A stretch of 64,000 bases of DNA, taken from contig NC_057720.1 of assembly GCF_004010195.1 (NCBI RefSeq), forward strand, positions 13,411,108 through 13,475,107, in the 5' to 3' direction. Positions 25,520-38,865 of this stretch are shown here, one piece after another; position 1 is the first letter of the stretch; the number at the start of each line of letters is the position of its first letter. Made by a program: the position numbers and the translations under genes. The stretch comes from Chiloscyllium plagiosum (Eukaryota). The notes under the pieces were generated by a model. That model was not told the DNA's origin. It did not search any database and worked only from the letters and a program-made list of their open reading frames with translations.

Positions 25520-26510
25520 ATAAGACCATAAATGTGTGACAGAAATAAGCCATTCAGCCCATTATGTCTGCTCCACCATCCAATGAGATGGTGGTTGATC
25601 TGATTATCTTCAATTCCGCTTTAATGTCTTTTCCCGATAGCCCTTGATTCCCCTTACTGATTAAAAATCTGTCTAAGCCCTAAACGTACCTAATGATTCA
25701 ACCTCAACAACCCTCTATGGTATTGTAAAACGTCCATAGATTCATCTCTCTCTGAGTGAAGAAATTCCTCCCCATCTCTGTCTTAAATGGAAAATCCCTT
25801 ATTCTGAAGTAGTGCCCCCGGTCTTAAGCTCTTGCACAAAGAGAAACCACCTTTCCACATCTACACTGTCAAGTATCCAAAGATCTTTAAAAATTCATTC
25901 ATGGGATGTGCACATCACTGGCTATTTCAGCATCTCTAATTGCCCTAGGAAGCAGTTAAGAGTCAATCACATTGCTGTGGGTCTGAAGTTTTAATCAGGC
26001 CAACCAAAAACGATGGTAATTTCCTTCCCTAAAGGACATGAGTAAATTAGGTAGGTTTTTCTCTAAAATCTACAGTGGTTTAATGGCCATTATTAGACTC
26101 TTAATTCCAAATTAATTTTTTTGAATAAAAAGATTCTTGAATGTTTCAATAAGATCACCTCTCATTCCTCTAAACTCCAATGAGCATAAGTCTAACCTAC
26201 TCAACCTCTCCTCATAAGAAAATCCTTCCATACCCGGAATCAATGTAGTGAACCTTCTCTGGACTGCCTCCAATACAAATGTATCTTTCCTTAGCTGAGG
26301 GGACTGAAACTGCCCACAGTGTTCCAGGTATTGCATGGCTAATGCTTTATGCAGTTTTAGCAAGACCTCATTATTTTTTGAACTAAAAGCCAATGCTTCA
26401 TTTGCCATCCCTATTACTTGGATGCCAGCTTTTTGTGAATGAGGATCCCCAATTACATCTGTGTTGCAGCTTTCTGTTGTCCTTCCCCATGTGAATAATA
26501 TTCAGCTCTT
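25520..26510 (-). mobile_element. Old CR1/L2-type LINE 3' region with nested family 2 SINE
   Basis: ORF 26112-26408 LEAVQRRFTTLIPGMEGFSYEERLSRL; SINE at ~25890-26115. Confidence 0.75.
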
Positions 26511-27481
26511 CTGCCAAGTTTTTGTCCACCTGCATAATCTGTCTATATCTCTTTTCAGTGGCAAAGTTTGTAGATATCTTTGACGACTTGACTTTTTTTC
26601 CCCAAATTTGCTTTTCTACTGTGTACTGTCTTCTGAGATGATGAGAAAAATGGGAAGGGATAGCTGTTATCAATCCATATTCTTTCCTTCTTTCTGCTGC
26701 TAAAAATCAGCTACTGAAATATTTGTACATTCCCGAGCCTGGCTTCATTATCTTGCCAAGTTGGTATTGGAATTATCATACAAGTATGACTTAAAATGAG
26801 AAATGTGAATGCCATGATGTTGGCTCAAATACATTGCCTTTAGGTAACATAAGAATTTCAGGGCAGAGAGTTTCATTTACTGCATGTTAGACTCATAAAG
26901 CTTGTCTCAATCTGTGGTCAGCTGACTATGGCAGCCATTTTAAGTCCATGTTTCTTCCTTTTTAAAGATCATTTTAGTCCATGAACTGTCCCAGGTATGA
27001 AAATTAGATGATAGAAGTTAAAATATTACAGTCCCATATTTACCACTATCATAACAACTACCCTCTGAAATGCTTTAGCAGGCTCCACAATTCTGTTAGA
27101 ATCAGAGACTTTTCATCTGTTGGATCATAAAAAAAACAAAAACCTGCACTTTGTGCTGAGTTTAGGATGCAATCAGACATTCAACAGTACCACTTACTGA
27201 ACCTCCCATCATCGCCATACTGCAGATTACCATTGACCAGTAGCAGAACTTGAACAGATATATGAATATTGTTGCTACAAGAACAGGTCAGAGGTTGGGA
27301 GGTCTGTGATGAGTAACTGACTCCCCAATGTCCAACATCCACCTGTTCAGTTGTTCATAAGACACATTTCAGAAATGGGATGGAATATCATCCATTTGCC
27401 TGGATGAGTATTGCACCAAAAACACTCAAGAAACCCAACACCATCCAGGACATCACAGTCTACTTAATTGGCATCCCAGTC

Positions 27482-27905
27482 TAGATTAGAGTGGTGCTGG
27501 AAAAGCACAGCAGGTCAGGCAGCATCTAAGGAGCAGGAAAATCGACGTTTCGGGCAAAAGCCCTTCATCAGGAATGAGGCAGGGAGCCTCCAGGGTGGAG
27601 AGATAAATGGAAGAGGGGTGGAGCTGGGGAGAAGGTAGCCAAGAGTACAATAGGTGGATGGGGTGGGGATGAAAGTGATAAGTCAGAGAAGAGGGTGGAG
27701 CAGATAGGTGGGAAGGAAGATTGGCAGATAGGACAGATCGAGTCTGTTTCAGGATGTGGTTGAAGAGCTTCAGGGCAGAGGAGATGACCTGGGGCTTGCA
27801 ATGAGAGAGAGACTTACTAAGATCCTTGTAGAGAGCGGAGGAGAACTTCTTCAAGGTAGGCATCCTTGCAAGAGGATTCACAGTAAGGTTAAAATCAACT
27901 AGACA
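27482..27905 (-). mobile_element. PLE family A fragment with intact hammerhead core (27544-27571, minus)
   Basis: Reverse complement CTGATGAAGGGCTTTTGCCCGAAACGTC. Confidence 0.8.
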
Positions 27906-29444
27906 AAAGTGAGGATCCCACCTGGCAGCTTAAAACATTCTTTCCCTCCTCCACCAGCACACAGTGGCAGCCCTTTGTACCATCTACAAGATGCACACAG
28001 TAGAAATTTGCAAGGATGGTTCAAACCTACAGCTTTCCCTCCAAGCACTCACTGTCCGCCATTGAAAATATATCACCATTCCTTTAGTGTGCTGTGGCAA
28101 CATCCTGAAGCTTACTCCTTAACAGCATTGTGGGTGGATCTACACCAAATGGACTGCAGCAGTTCAAAAAGACAGCCCACCATTACCCATCCAGGGCCAT
28201 TGTGGGTAATAAATGCTGGCATTGCTAGATCAGGCCCACATTCTGTGAAGAAATAAATGCTTTCATATTTTCTCCTCATTTCCCTTCCTTTGTTTTGTTT
28301 TAAACAGTCCTTCAGTTTCTTCTGAATGGTGTAATGGTGCACAAACACAAAATTGAGACAGAATTACATCTTCCAACAATTCCTCACACCAATAAGTTAT
28401 TCTTGACTCTTTCCTTTTCAGTACCTGTCTTGTACACATGGCCTCACGTCTCATCTATCTGCCATTGGAAATGATTCATCTCTGTTTACTTTGTCTGCCC
28501 CTTTTATCATTTTGAATACTACTGTCAAATTCTCCTTCTAGTCTTCTAAATTATAGAGAATACTGTGTGAGTGGCTCTATCCTTTTCCTCATAACTCACG
28601 TAGGGCACTACCTATTAAATCTGCAATGCTGTCTCTCCAAGGCTGTAATATCTCTCCTGTAGTGAGCAGCTCAAGACTACATTTTGATTTCCAGTTACAA
28701 TCTAACCACTACTTTGTACAAATCGACAGGAAAGGAAAAGAACGATTGCATTTCTCTCTTGAGCTGTGTTTGTGACCATTGCCACCAGCAGGTACAGAAC
28801 CATGCGCACGTGCACAAAATCAGTTTTGCTGTGTTCAAATTCATGACACAAAAGTGTCTGAAACTTATAACAGCTCTGGAAAATTACCTGGAAGGGAAAA
28901 GCAGTAAAACTTGTGAAGACATATCCTGTTCCATCTTGTCTTGTGTACTATAACTTGGAGCTCCAATACTCCCAGTACCTTTGTTTCCAAATTGGAAATC
29001 ACAATGGCTCAGGCAGCATCTGTGGAGAGAGAACAAGCTAATGTTTCGAGTCTAGATGACTATTCATCAGTGCTGTGATTTCCAGCATATTTTTTTGTTT
29101 TCAGTACAGATTTCAACATCTGCAGTAAGTTGTTCTCCTATTGACAATGGAATTTGTTTAAAGGTAAATTGCTTCCTGAGAGTCAACCTGACTCTCCTGA
29201 CAATTGATTCAGATTCCATCCCACGAGTCCCATGAAATCACGAAATGTATAAATGACATCTGAATCTTTTACTATACCAGCGCTACCTGAGATTGAAGGT
29301 GTCTATAACTGGAGTCCTGAATGTAGCCTGTGTTGGGAACATATATTCCGTTTCTCTAGCACGTTTCACAATCTCTGTGAGTCTCACGGAGCATTCCAGC
29401 TGATTGTGCTCACTTTACAGTGTGGGCACTGTCAGAATGGCAGG

Positions 29445-29730
29445 TAGTTGGCAGCTAATTTGCAGACAGTAAGGTCCAAAAACAGAAACAAGACAATGGC
29501 AAAGATATTCTGTTTCTGTGATAATTGTTCACAGCTAGTTATTGGTCAGCACATTGCCTGGGGCTCCCCTGTTGTTTGAAACATGCTGTGGGATATTTTT
29601 CATCCACTTAAAGTGTGCAGACAGATCAGATTAAAGTCTTGTTGGAAAGACAGCACCTCTGACAGTCCAGGGCTCTTTTCTAATTGTCAGCTTAGAATTT
29701 TTGTGTTCAAGACTAGAATGGAGCTTCAAA
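29445..29730 (-). mobile_element. Deu-domain SINE (SacSINE1/AmnSINE-like), degraded
   Basis: Reverse reads GAGGTGCTGTCTTTCCAACAAGAC...ATCCCACAGCAT...GACCAATAACTA...TTACTGTCTGCAAATTAGCTGCC, resembling the Deu domain. Confidence 0.6.
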
Positions 29731-32700
29731 TACAGTGCCCGAAGTAAAATGTTTAATTCATTAGAGGTGGGAGTCACTAGCGGCCAACTTTTATTGCCAA
29801 AGCTTAATTTTTCCCAGAGGTTGGTTAAGAGTCAACTACACTGCTGCAGGTCTAGTTTCACGTGTAGGATAGATCAGATAAGGATTTCCTCCCTTAAAGA
29901 GCATTGCTGAACTACAGGGGCTTTTACCAACAGCTAATTATAAAGTTACAAAGTTGTCTGTTCCCAACACTGGCCACCATTCAAGACGTTTGCAGTTATC
30001 CACACGTTTAACCTCAGGGAGCTGAAAGCAAGGTTACAAATGGTAAACATTCAAGATGGCAGCTTACAGACCTTTGTACATGTGCAGTTTCATGGACCTT
30101 TCAGACAGAAGCTTGAGTCAACTAGTCAACAGAGTAATGTTACCATTAGATGAACTTTTAATTCCATATTTAAAAATAACAATGCATTCAAATTTCACTA
30201 CCTGCCATGTTGGAATTTGAGACTCAACTCTTAGAATAAAATCCCTGGATTAATAGACAGCAAGAGATTTATTGGTCAATTGCACCAGGGCTGTGATGGT
30301 GTGACACCAATGATGCACAAACTTTCAAAACCAGGCAGTCAATGATGGTAAGGGATATGGGCTCAAGGCAGACAGGCACAGATCAGCCAGGCTTTGAGGA
30401 GGTCCCTAAACTAGGTCTTCAAATGTGAAGAATTGGAATCCCTTATAAAGTGTTGATGTGATTTGATTACTCACAAAATCACCAATGTCTAGGGGCATTG
30501 CTGAGAAACCTGTGAATCTGCCTTGATCACATTTACTTCTTGATGTGCTCTGTGGGGTGTTTAGCCACAGTTTGGTTCTTACCCATGTTTGCCTCATGTT
30601 AATTATAGATATTAGAATATAAATTGCCTTTATATAAAGGCAATTTTGTTCACTAATCTGCCCCCACTCCTCATTTAACAATTTTGATAATCTAGCTTGA
30701 TAAATGTTTAGTTATTTTCTGGAAAAAGGTAATGCAAAACAGTGTTCGATTTTCAAGGTTTGCAGTGTTCACCAAGTTATTTTGGTTCCAGATAAAATTC
30801 CCTGAAATATCAAGCCCCCAGATGAGGAGAGATGAATCATTGATGTTAGCAATCTTTTGGATTGTTTCCTTCTGACTGGCTTGCTGGTGATCTGACCTCT
30901 AGCACTCAGAAAGATAGAGCCCGTGACTTACATTGCAGGGGTGCCTAGTGGACAGTTCTATGACTATGACTATGAGCCTCACAGCGCACGAGTACTTGAA
31001 GCTAAGCTAACACATTTTAATACCACAGGCCACTGTCTCATGAACAACTCAGCTAAATGCTACATTTTCTTCCACTAGCCCACACAGATTGGAGTTGGAT
31101 CAGCTTTTAACCACTGCTCATGCATAGTCTAGAAATGGGAAGCCACAGAACACCTATTTTGCCCAGACTGCTGCTTTCTCTCTCATCATGATAATTCCCA
31201 GAAGATGACAGCTCAGTTTGTTGTGCATTTCTCCCTTTTACGTTCATCCTTTTAAAGCTTCCTTGACATCTCATCAGGTGTGATATGCCAGGTTCGCTGT
31301 CTCTTCAGGCATCCATTGAAGTTACATCCACTGCCATCATGTGGCTACATGTCCTTGACAAAAAGGCACACGTTGCAATAAAAGTTCAATATGTCCATAG
31401 GTGATCTAAGGGTTGCAATCCACGATCAAGACAACAAACCATTGTATGCCACATTTTCATTACCTCCTCTTTCCAAAGTCCATCAATCATCTTTTAAGTT
31501 GTACAGCGTTCCTGCTCTCCCTGACACTGCTAGCCTGTTTTGTATTAGTGCCAACTGAAAGCAATGTGTGGAGGGCATTGTATTCCTTCCTGCTGAATGC
31601 AGACACAATTGTATCCGAAGGAAGGAAATGAAATGGACTGATTTCTGCAGCTCAGAGTGCAGCAGATTTGCAAATGTGATTGTGAGTGTGCAAAATTTCT
31701 CTGGCCAAGTGAATCTTTATGCTTCTTCCAAAATTCAACAAGCAATAAGTGCCTGAAGGGCCGTGATTTGAAGGTGTAAGGTGCAATAAAAAGAAGATAA
31801 TGAACACGGATTACCTCACTCCGTGTATAAATAACTAGTGTTGAGAGTGCACAGAGAAGCTGGGAGGCTTTCAATGAACAGAGACTAACTCACTGTTGAA
31901 AGACAGTTTAAAAGAAAAGAGCCTTATTCATTTCAGTCCTGGCCAGGCTATCTTTCTAATTACCATTAGCTGGTTAAGTCACTTCTGTAAAAACAAGGAT
32001 GTGAAGTGATACGCAGGGGTACAAGGCAGTCTTTTCACAACTGTGTGCAATAACTCTTTTTTTTCGAAAGTGCCTTGGGCCCACAGATGTTTAATGGCAA
32101 ATTCCCTTCTGGATTACACTTATGGAAGGCCCTGTCAGTGAAAGGCAAATGCCATGTTTGTGGTCAAAAATCTAATTAAATTCACTTGCATGTGATCCAG
32201 AAAGGATGTGAAGGCCTTCAGGGGTGCTCAAGTCTGAAGAAGGTTCACATTGTTGATTTGTAAAATTATAGTAGGTAGTTTGGACAGGAAATGGGGTTAC
32301 TGGGCTGTCAATCATCACTGAACTAGCACCTGTTCTCATCCCAACTATACTTAGGTTATTTATTGTAGCCTGAAGGAGGGCAATGTGCTTTTCATTACAT
32401 GAAACCTTTTCAAATTGTTCCATCCGAAACTGTTATCTTAAGTTTTTTATCAAAAGAAGCAAACAAGTACAATTTGGCCTTTTCCTTACTGCGGTATTGT
32501 TAATAACTTGAGGAGCTTTCTCCTCAACCAAAGCAAACCACTTTGATTCAATTTCCTCGCTTTCAATGCTCACTTTGCAGTGCTGAGCAGAACGAATAAT
32601 AACATGGTCAAACCACAATGGACATAGTCAGTGATGGCTTTCCTACAGCCACTAGAGCCACGGTCATTACTGTGCTATTGATTGAAGGAGGGATTTTGGC

Positions 32701-34009
32701 CCAATAAGTACATGCTGAACCATTCCCTCACTTTTTCGAACTTTGCACAACCCTTCCAAATTCATAAATCTTTTTTTCAATCCAACTCAGAAAATTGCCA
32801 GCACAAGCCAAAATAAAAACCATTTGGTCAATGTGATTAGTGTAGAGTGTTGCATTCTATGGACATGACTGTGAAAAAATGATAATGGTGGATAACAGCT
32901 TGTGAAATGTGTGAGCGGCAGAGGATGGTCAGTATCAGCTGGATGGTCAGAAAGACCAATGAGTGGGTTGGGTTAAGAAGTTGAAGTCCAGGAATCCAAA
33001 GCGTTGACAAAAATAGTTACAGAGAGAAAGACAGTCAGATAGACATTGGAAATGAAGATGTGATAGCCCTAGTCCTGGTAACACTGGAAAGAGAAACATA
33101 ATAACATTTTTAAAAAGGAGCAGGATTCGCTCATGCAATCCTTCGAGTTTCCTCTACTATTTAATGTGATTATGGCTGATCATCCAACTCAGTACCCTGA
33201 TCTGCAGCAACCTTGAATCAATGAATAAAGGAGTGTCATGTCTTTGAAATTCTGGGAGAGAAAGATTTAGAATCAAGGAGGGAGAAATATGCTCAGGCTT
33301 ATTTTTAAGCCCATAATAATGGACAAATTGACAAATACCAGAAATAGGCCCTTTGGCTACTTGAACCTGCTCCATCGTTAGGTAAGGTCATGCCTCATCA
33401 TTTTGCATTTTGGAATCCACATTCCCATCTCACCCCAATAAACTTTGATTTCCCTGATTACCAAGAATCTATCTACCTTCACCATAAGAATACTTAATGG
33501 CCTTGACTATCTAGTCAAGCTCTTGTGAAATACTCCCAAAGTATTTACACTATTCCATAAATAAGGAGACCAGAATCGCACAGAGTGTCTGAAATGTAGC
33601 CTTGGCAATGCTCCGAATAGATAGGAATGACTATAGTCTGCATTTATATAGCATCTTTATCTGTGATTTACCAGTCACAAAGAATGGAGTGGGAAGTATA
33701 ACATCAAAATTTGGGGAATGAAGTCAAACTTTAGGATCTACATAATGCCAAAAAAGGTTGCGGAAAAAAACCAATAGACACATTAAGGGATGTTACAAAT
33801 GACAAATGAATTTCAACGTTGAAGATTGTTGGACCAAATGGCCTGTTTTTCCTAATGCTGGAGGTTTTATTTTGTGATTCTGTGTCTGTGCTATTGCAGG
33901 ATTATCAATTACTTTAACCCAAGAATCTTGTTTTTCTGTGAGAATTGAGACCATGTCAGGGTGCCTGAAACTATCTTCAGTAATATTCACGCTCTCAGCA
34001 AGGATCACT

Positions 34010-35160
34010 ATTCATGACATTGATCAGGAAAGTGAATGTACAATGGGCAAATTTGTGGATATCACAAAAGTAGGTGGGAAAGCACATGGTGAGGATGACA
34101 CAAAATATTTACAGAGAGATAAAGATGAGTTAAATGAGTGGACAAAAACTTGGCAGATGAGATACGATGTGGGGAAATATGAGGTTATGCACTTTGGCAG
34201 GAAAAACAGAGGAGCTGAATGGAGGCATTACTTTTGCTGATCAAGTATTAAAGTAAGAAGTTAAAAACAGAAATTGTTGAGTTCTGTGGGAGAGTCACTG
34301 GACCTGAAACATGAACTCTGATGTCTGTCCACAGATGCTGCCAGACCTGCTGAGCTTTTCCAGCAGTTTCTGTGTTTTGCTTCTGGTTTCCAGCATCAGC
34401 TGTTCTTTTGGCTTTGTATAAAAGTAAAGGAGCTTTTGTTAAAACTGTACAAGGCACGAGTCAGACTGCAGCTGGAATACTGTGATCACTTTGCTGCCCC
34501 TTACCATAGGAAAGATTCGCTGGCATTGGAGGCAGTCCAGAGGAGGTTCACTGGATTGATCCCATGCATGGTGGGAATGTTTATGAGGACAGGTTGAGTA
34601 GGTTGGGCCCACACTCATTGGAATTCAGAAGAATGCGAGGTGACCTGTTTGAAATTACAAGATTCTTAGGGTACTTGACAGGGTCGATGTGGATAGGTTG
34701 GAGGGCCGAATGGCATAATCTTGGAATTAATGATTGGTCATTTAAGACTGAGGTGAGGAGGAATGTCTTCCATCAGAAGGTTGTGTGTCTGTGAAATTCT
34801 TTACCACAGAAAGCTGTCATTCTGGGTCATTGAGTATATTCAAGGCTGAGATGAGCAGGTTATTAACAAACAAAAAGCAGAAATTGCTGGAGAAACCCAG
34901 CAGGGCTGGCAGCATCTGTGAGGAGAAAACAGAGTTGATGCTTCGAATCCTAGAGTCATAGTTATACAACATGGAGAGTACAGTGACCCTTCTTCAAAAT
35001 GTCTGATTTTTAATCAGTAAGGGGATCAAGGGTTATGGGGAAAAGGCAGGAAAGTGAGGTTGAGAGTTGTTACACTGGCCATAATCTCATTGAATGGTGG
35101 TATAGACTCGATGCGCTGAATGGCTTATTTCTGCTCCTACATCTTAGCATCTTACTGTCT
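34010..35160 (+). mobile_element. Old CR1 RT/3' region with PLE family C termini inserted (~34270-34410 and ~34870-35000)
   Basis: KFVDITKVGG...WQMRYDVGKYEVMHFGRKN; EFRRMRGDL. Confidence 0.75.
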
Positions 35161-37631
35161 TAAGATGCATTCACTGGGTTGCAATAATATCTGGAGCTGA
35201 TCACAGAGCAAGCCTAACTATTTAATGATGTGACATAACTCAAGCTCTCCATTAGCTATTGTACTAAAACATTCTGCTCCGTCTTGTTTAGTTTCAATAG
35301 GCTCCAAATACTAATACTCCAAAATGTCTGTTCAGGAGGCAGACTGATAACAATTGTCATACTAAAGAGAGGCAGTCATGATGTCTGCAGATAGTTTGTT
35401 GCATCATGCTGGTGTGTAATAACAGTTATTTATCCAACTGTGATTGATCAGATCACCAGTAATATAAACACAATGTACTGATGATCCATTTAGTGAGTCT
35501 ATTCACAATATTTTAAAATGATGACAATTCCAAATAAAATATTCGTTCCAACTGTTTTGTTACTCACTGAAAGCAGAAACTGCAACAAACCTTTTCCACA
35601 GCAATCTTAAAACAGTTTTTAAACTGTTGAGCAAGGCGAATACAGTTTTGTCAACATGGAGAGATGCCAGATAAATGGCATGTTTTTTTTAACATTGTTG
35701 ATTGTGAGTCTCATGCTGTAATAAGGAATAGGAACATGGAACAGGATATTTAATGTCTCAAGCCCATTTCACCATGCAATGAGATGATTGCTGATGTGCC
35801 ATGAATAGAACATGGGTTAGTTTGAGCATGTTAACCCATTTTCTCGCCGATGCTACATATTTCTGAATATCCTTGAAAAACAAAACTCACAGACTTAAAA
35901 TAAACACGGGATCGAGCATCAATTGGCAGAAGAGAGCTCCAAATGCTTGCTCAATTTTGAGTGTAGATCTGTTAGCTAATGTCACTCATGAAAGGTCTGA
36001 CTCTAATTGTTTGACCATATTCCCCTTGTCCTAAACTTTCCAACCAGCAGAAATGGGATCTCTCCATTCACGCCATCAACATAGGAGCAGAGGTAAGCCA
36101 TTCGGTCCCTCTGACAGTCAACAAGAAGATCATGGCTGATCTGTTTGAATTTAAAATTCCATATTCCCACTCACACCACCCCCCACAACCTTTGGTTCCT
36201 CTGTCTAATAAGAAGCAATACACTTCTATTTCTAAAATATTCATCATCCCCAACTTCACCAGCTTCTAAGGCAGACAGTTCCAAAGTCACACAACTCTCT
36301 GAGAGAAAGGTGTTCTCTTCATTTCTATCCTGAATGGGTGACCTTTCATTTTACAACATTGCTTCCAGTGCTGGGCTCACCACAAAAGGACAAGAGGAAA
36401 TGTCCTTTCCATGTTCACCTTGTCAAGACCATTCAAGATCTTATACACTTCAATCAAGTCACCCTTTGCTCTTTTAACTCTAGTGGAAACAAGCCCAGTT
36501 TGTCCAATATGACAACCCACTCATTCCAAGTACCAACCTCGTAAACTCCTCTGAAACAATGCCAATATACTGCATATCATACAGGCTTTCCGCTACCATG
36601 ATGCCAAATTGGAGCGATAAAATGGTAGCACAAACTGACCTCTGCACACAGGTAAGATATCTTAGTATTGTGAATTACTTTTCAATGCTTTAAAAGTTGT
36701 ATTTTCAATCAGGTGGCCTCTGTATTTAAACTGAAGGAAGCTTTTGCCTGCTATTTTTTTAACTTTTAGATTAGAAAGTAAGCCAATGGTGACTTTTTTT
36801 TCACAGAGACAGGATTCCTTCCTTGCCAGCATGTACATTTTAAACATTCTGGCTGTTTAATTTGTGGATATCCGTTCATAGGAATGGTTGTGTTAGCTTT
36901 CCAAAGATTCCTAGTACTCAAAGAGTTAGCGGACATTTATTACAGATCCAGGTAAAAATATGTATGTACATATCTTTCAAAGATAGACTGCGTATTAACT
37001 GTGGGACATAATATAACAATCTCTACCAAGCAGCCCAGAGAGGTAACCTGTCTTCTGATTCCATTACACCCCTATGACCGTAGTAAACAACTCCCACAGC
37101 CTCGAAGCTCATAAACCCCCAGCCCCATACAGACCGCTCTACCTTGTTCCCAAAACCCACAAACCAGGCCACTTGCTTCTGCCAGCTCCTGCTCCACTGT
37201 GCTTATCTCCTCCTACCGCAATTTAAATTTTTTTCTCCCTGTCCAGCCCCTCTCTATTCACAAGCACAATTCTTCTGATGCCTTACATCAGTTTCAAGAT
37301 TTTCAGTTTGTGGGCTCCAAGTGCCTCCTTTTTACCATAGGTGTGCAATCCTATATGCGTCCACTGTCAATCAGGATGGTATCAGGGCTCTCTGCTTCTT
37401 CCTGGAAAAAGGACATGAACTGTCTCCATCAATCACCACCCTCATCCTCCTGGCTCATCCTCACTCTGAACAACTTCTCCTTTAACTCTTCTCACTTATT
37501 TCAGGTCAAAGGTATGGCCCTGGGTATTCACATGGGCCCCAGTTATGCCTCTCTCTTTTTGTGGGGTACGTGGAACATCCCTTGCTGCAGTTCTACTCTG
37601 GACCCCATCCACACGGGCAGCATGGTGGCTA

Positions 37632-38133
37632 AGGGTGTAGGGTGCAGGTTTGCTCGCTGAGCTGTAGGTTTGATATCCAGACGTTTCATTACCTGGCTAG
37701 GTAACATCATTAGTAGCGACCTCCAAGTGAAGCGAAGCTGTTGTCTCCTGCTTTCTATTTATATGTTTGTCCTGGATGGGGTTCCTGTGGTTTGTGGTGA
37801 TGTCATTTCCTGTTCATTTTCTTTGAGGTTGATGGATGGTATCTAGATCTATGTGTTTGTTTATGGCGTTGTGGTTGGAGTGCCAGGTCTCGAGGAATTC
37901 TCTGGCATGTCTTTGCTTAGCCTGTCCCAGGATAGATGTGTTGTCCCAGTCAAAATGATGGTTTTTTTCATCCATGTGTAGGGCTACGAGGGAGAGAAGG
38001 TCGTGTCTTTTTGTGGCTAGCTGGTGTTCGTGTATCCTGGAGGCTAACTGTCTTCCTGTTTGTCCTACGTAGTGTTTGTGGCAGTCCTTGCATGGAATTT
38101 TGTAGATGACGTTGGTTTTGTCCATGGGTTGTA
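37632..38133 (-). mobile_element. Penelope-like element family D, GIY-YIG endonuclease 3' end plus terminus
   Basis: ORF 37814-38125 NVIYKIPCKDCHKHYVGQTGRQLASRIHEH...REFLETWHS; downstream hammerhead-like motif 37680-37713; splits a V-SINE (head 37615-37630, remainder 38135-38405). Confidence 0.9.
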
Positions 38134-38601
38134 TTGGGTCCCAGGTTCGATTCTAGCCTCGGGTGACTGTCTATGTGAAGTTTGCACATTCTCCCTGTAT
38201 CTGCGTGGGTTTCTTTCGGATTCTCTGGTTTCCTCCCACAGTCCAAAGATGTGCAGGCAGGTGAATTGGCCATGCTAAATTTCCCATAGTGTAAGGTGCA
38301 TTAGTCAGAGGGAAAAGGGTCTGGGTGGGTTACTCTTCGGAGGGTCGGTGTGGACTGGTTGGGCTGAAGGGCCTGTTTCCACACTGTAGGGAATCTAATC
38401 TAATCACAACTTTCTCTAGCAGATCAATGACATTGTTGGTGCTGCTCCCCTCTCTCATTCAGAATGCAAACCATTTAGAAATTTTGCTTTCAATTTCCAT
38501 CCTGCTCTCACTTTCACCTGGCTCATCTCTGACTCCTCCCTTTCTCTCCTCGATATCTCTGTTTCCATTTCTGGGGATAGGCTGGCCGCCGATATCCATT
38601 A

Positions 38602-38865
38602 GGAGAAAGTGAGGACTGCAGCTGCTGGATCAGAGTCAAGACCATGATACTGGAAAAGCACAGCAGGTCAGGCAGCATCCAAGGAGCAGGAGAATTGACA
38701 TTTCGGGAATAAGCCCTTCCTCAAGAATAGGAGAACCGTTTCTCAAGGTTTCAGAATTGTAGCCCCTCATTCCTGAGGAAGGGCTTATGCCCGAAATGTC
38801 GATTCTCCTGCTCCTCAGAGGCTGCTTGGCCTGCTGTGCTTTTCCAGTACCACACTCTCGACATT
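38602..38865. mobile_element. Fold-back PLE family A mini-element
   Basis: Inverted arms; 11-bp TSD GATATCCATTA (38591-38601 and 38866-38876). Confidence 0.8.

Noticed and set aside
32172..32618. Possible Crypton/DUF3504-like NPxSCP motif on the minus strand
   Set aside because: Only a few residues match and the frame has several stops; not supportable.
36585..36651. Kozak-like GCTACCATG followed by CAG|GTAAGA donor
   Set aside because: No CpG island or promoter context, weak acceptor, peptide not recognised.
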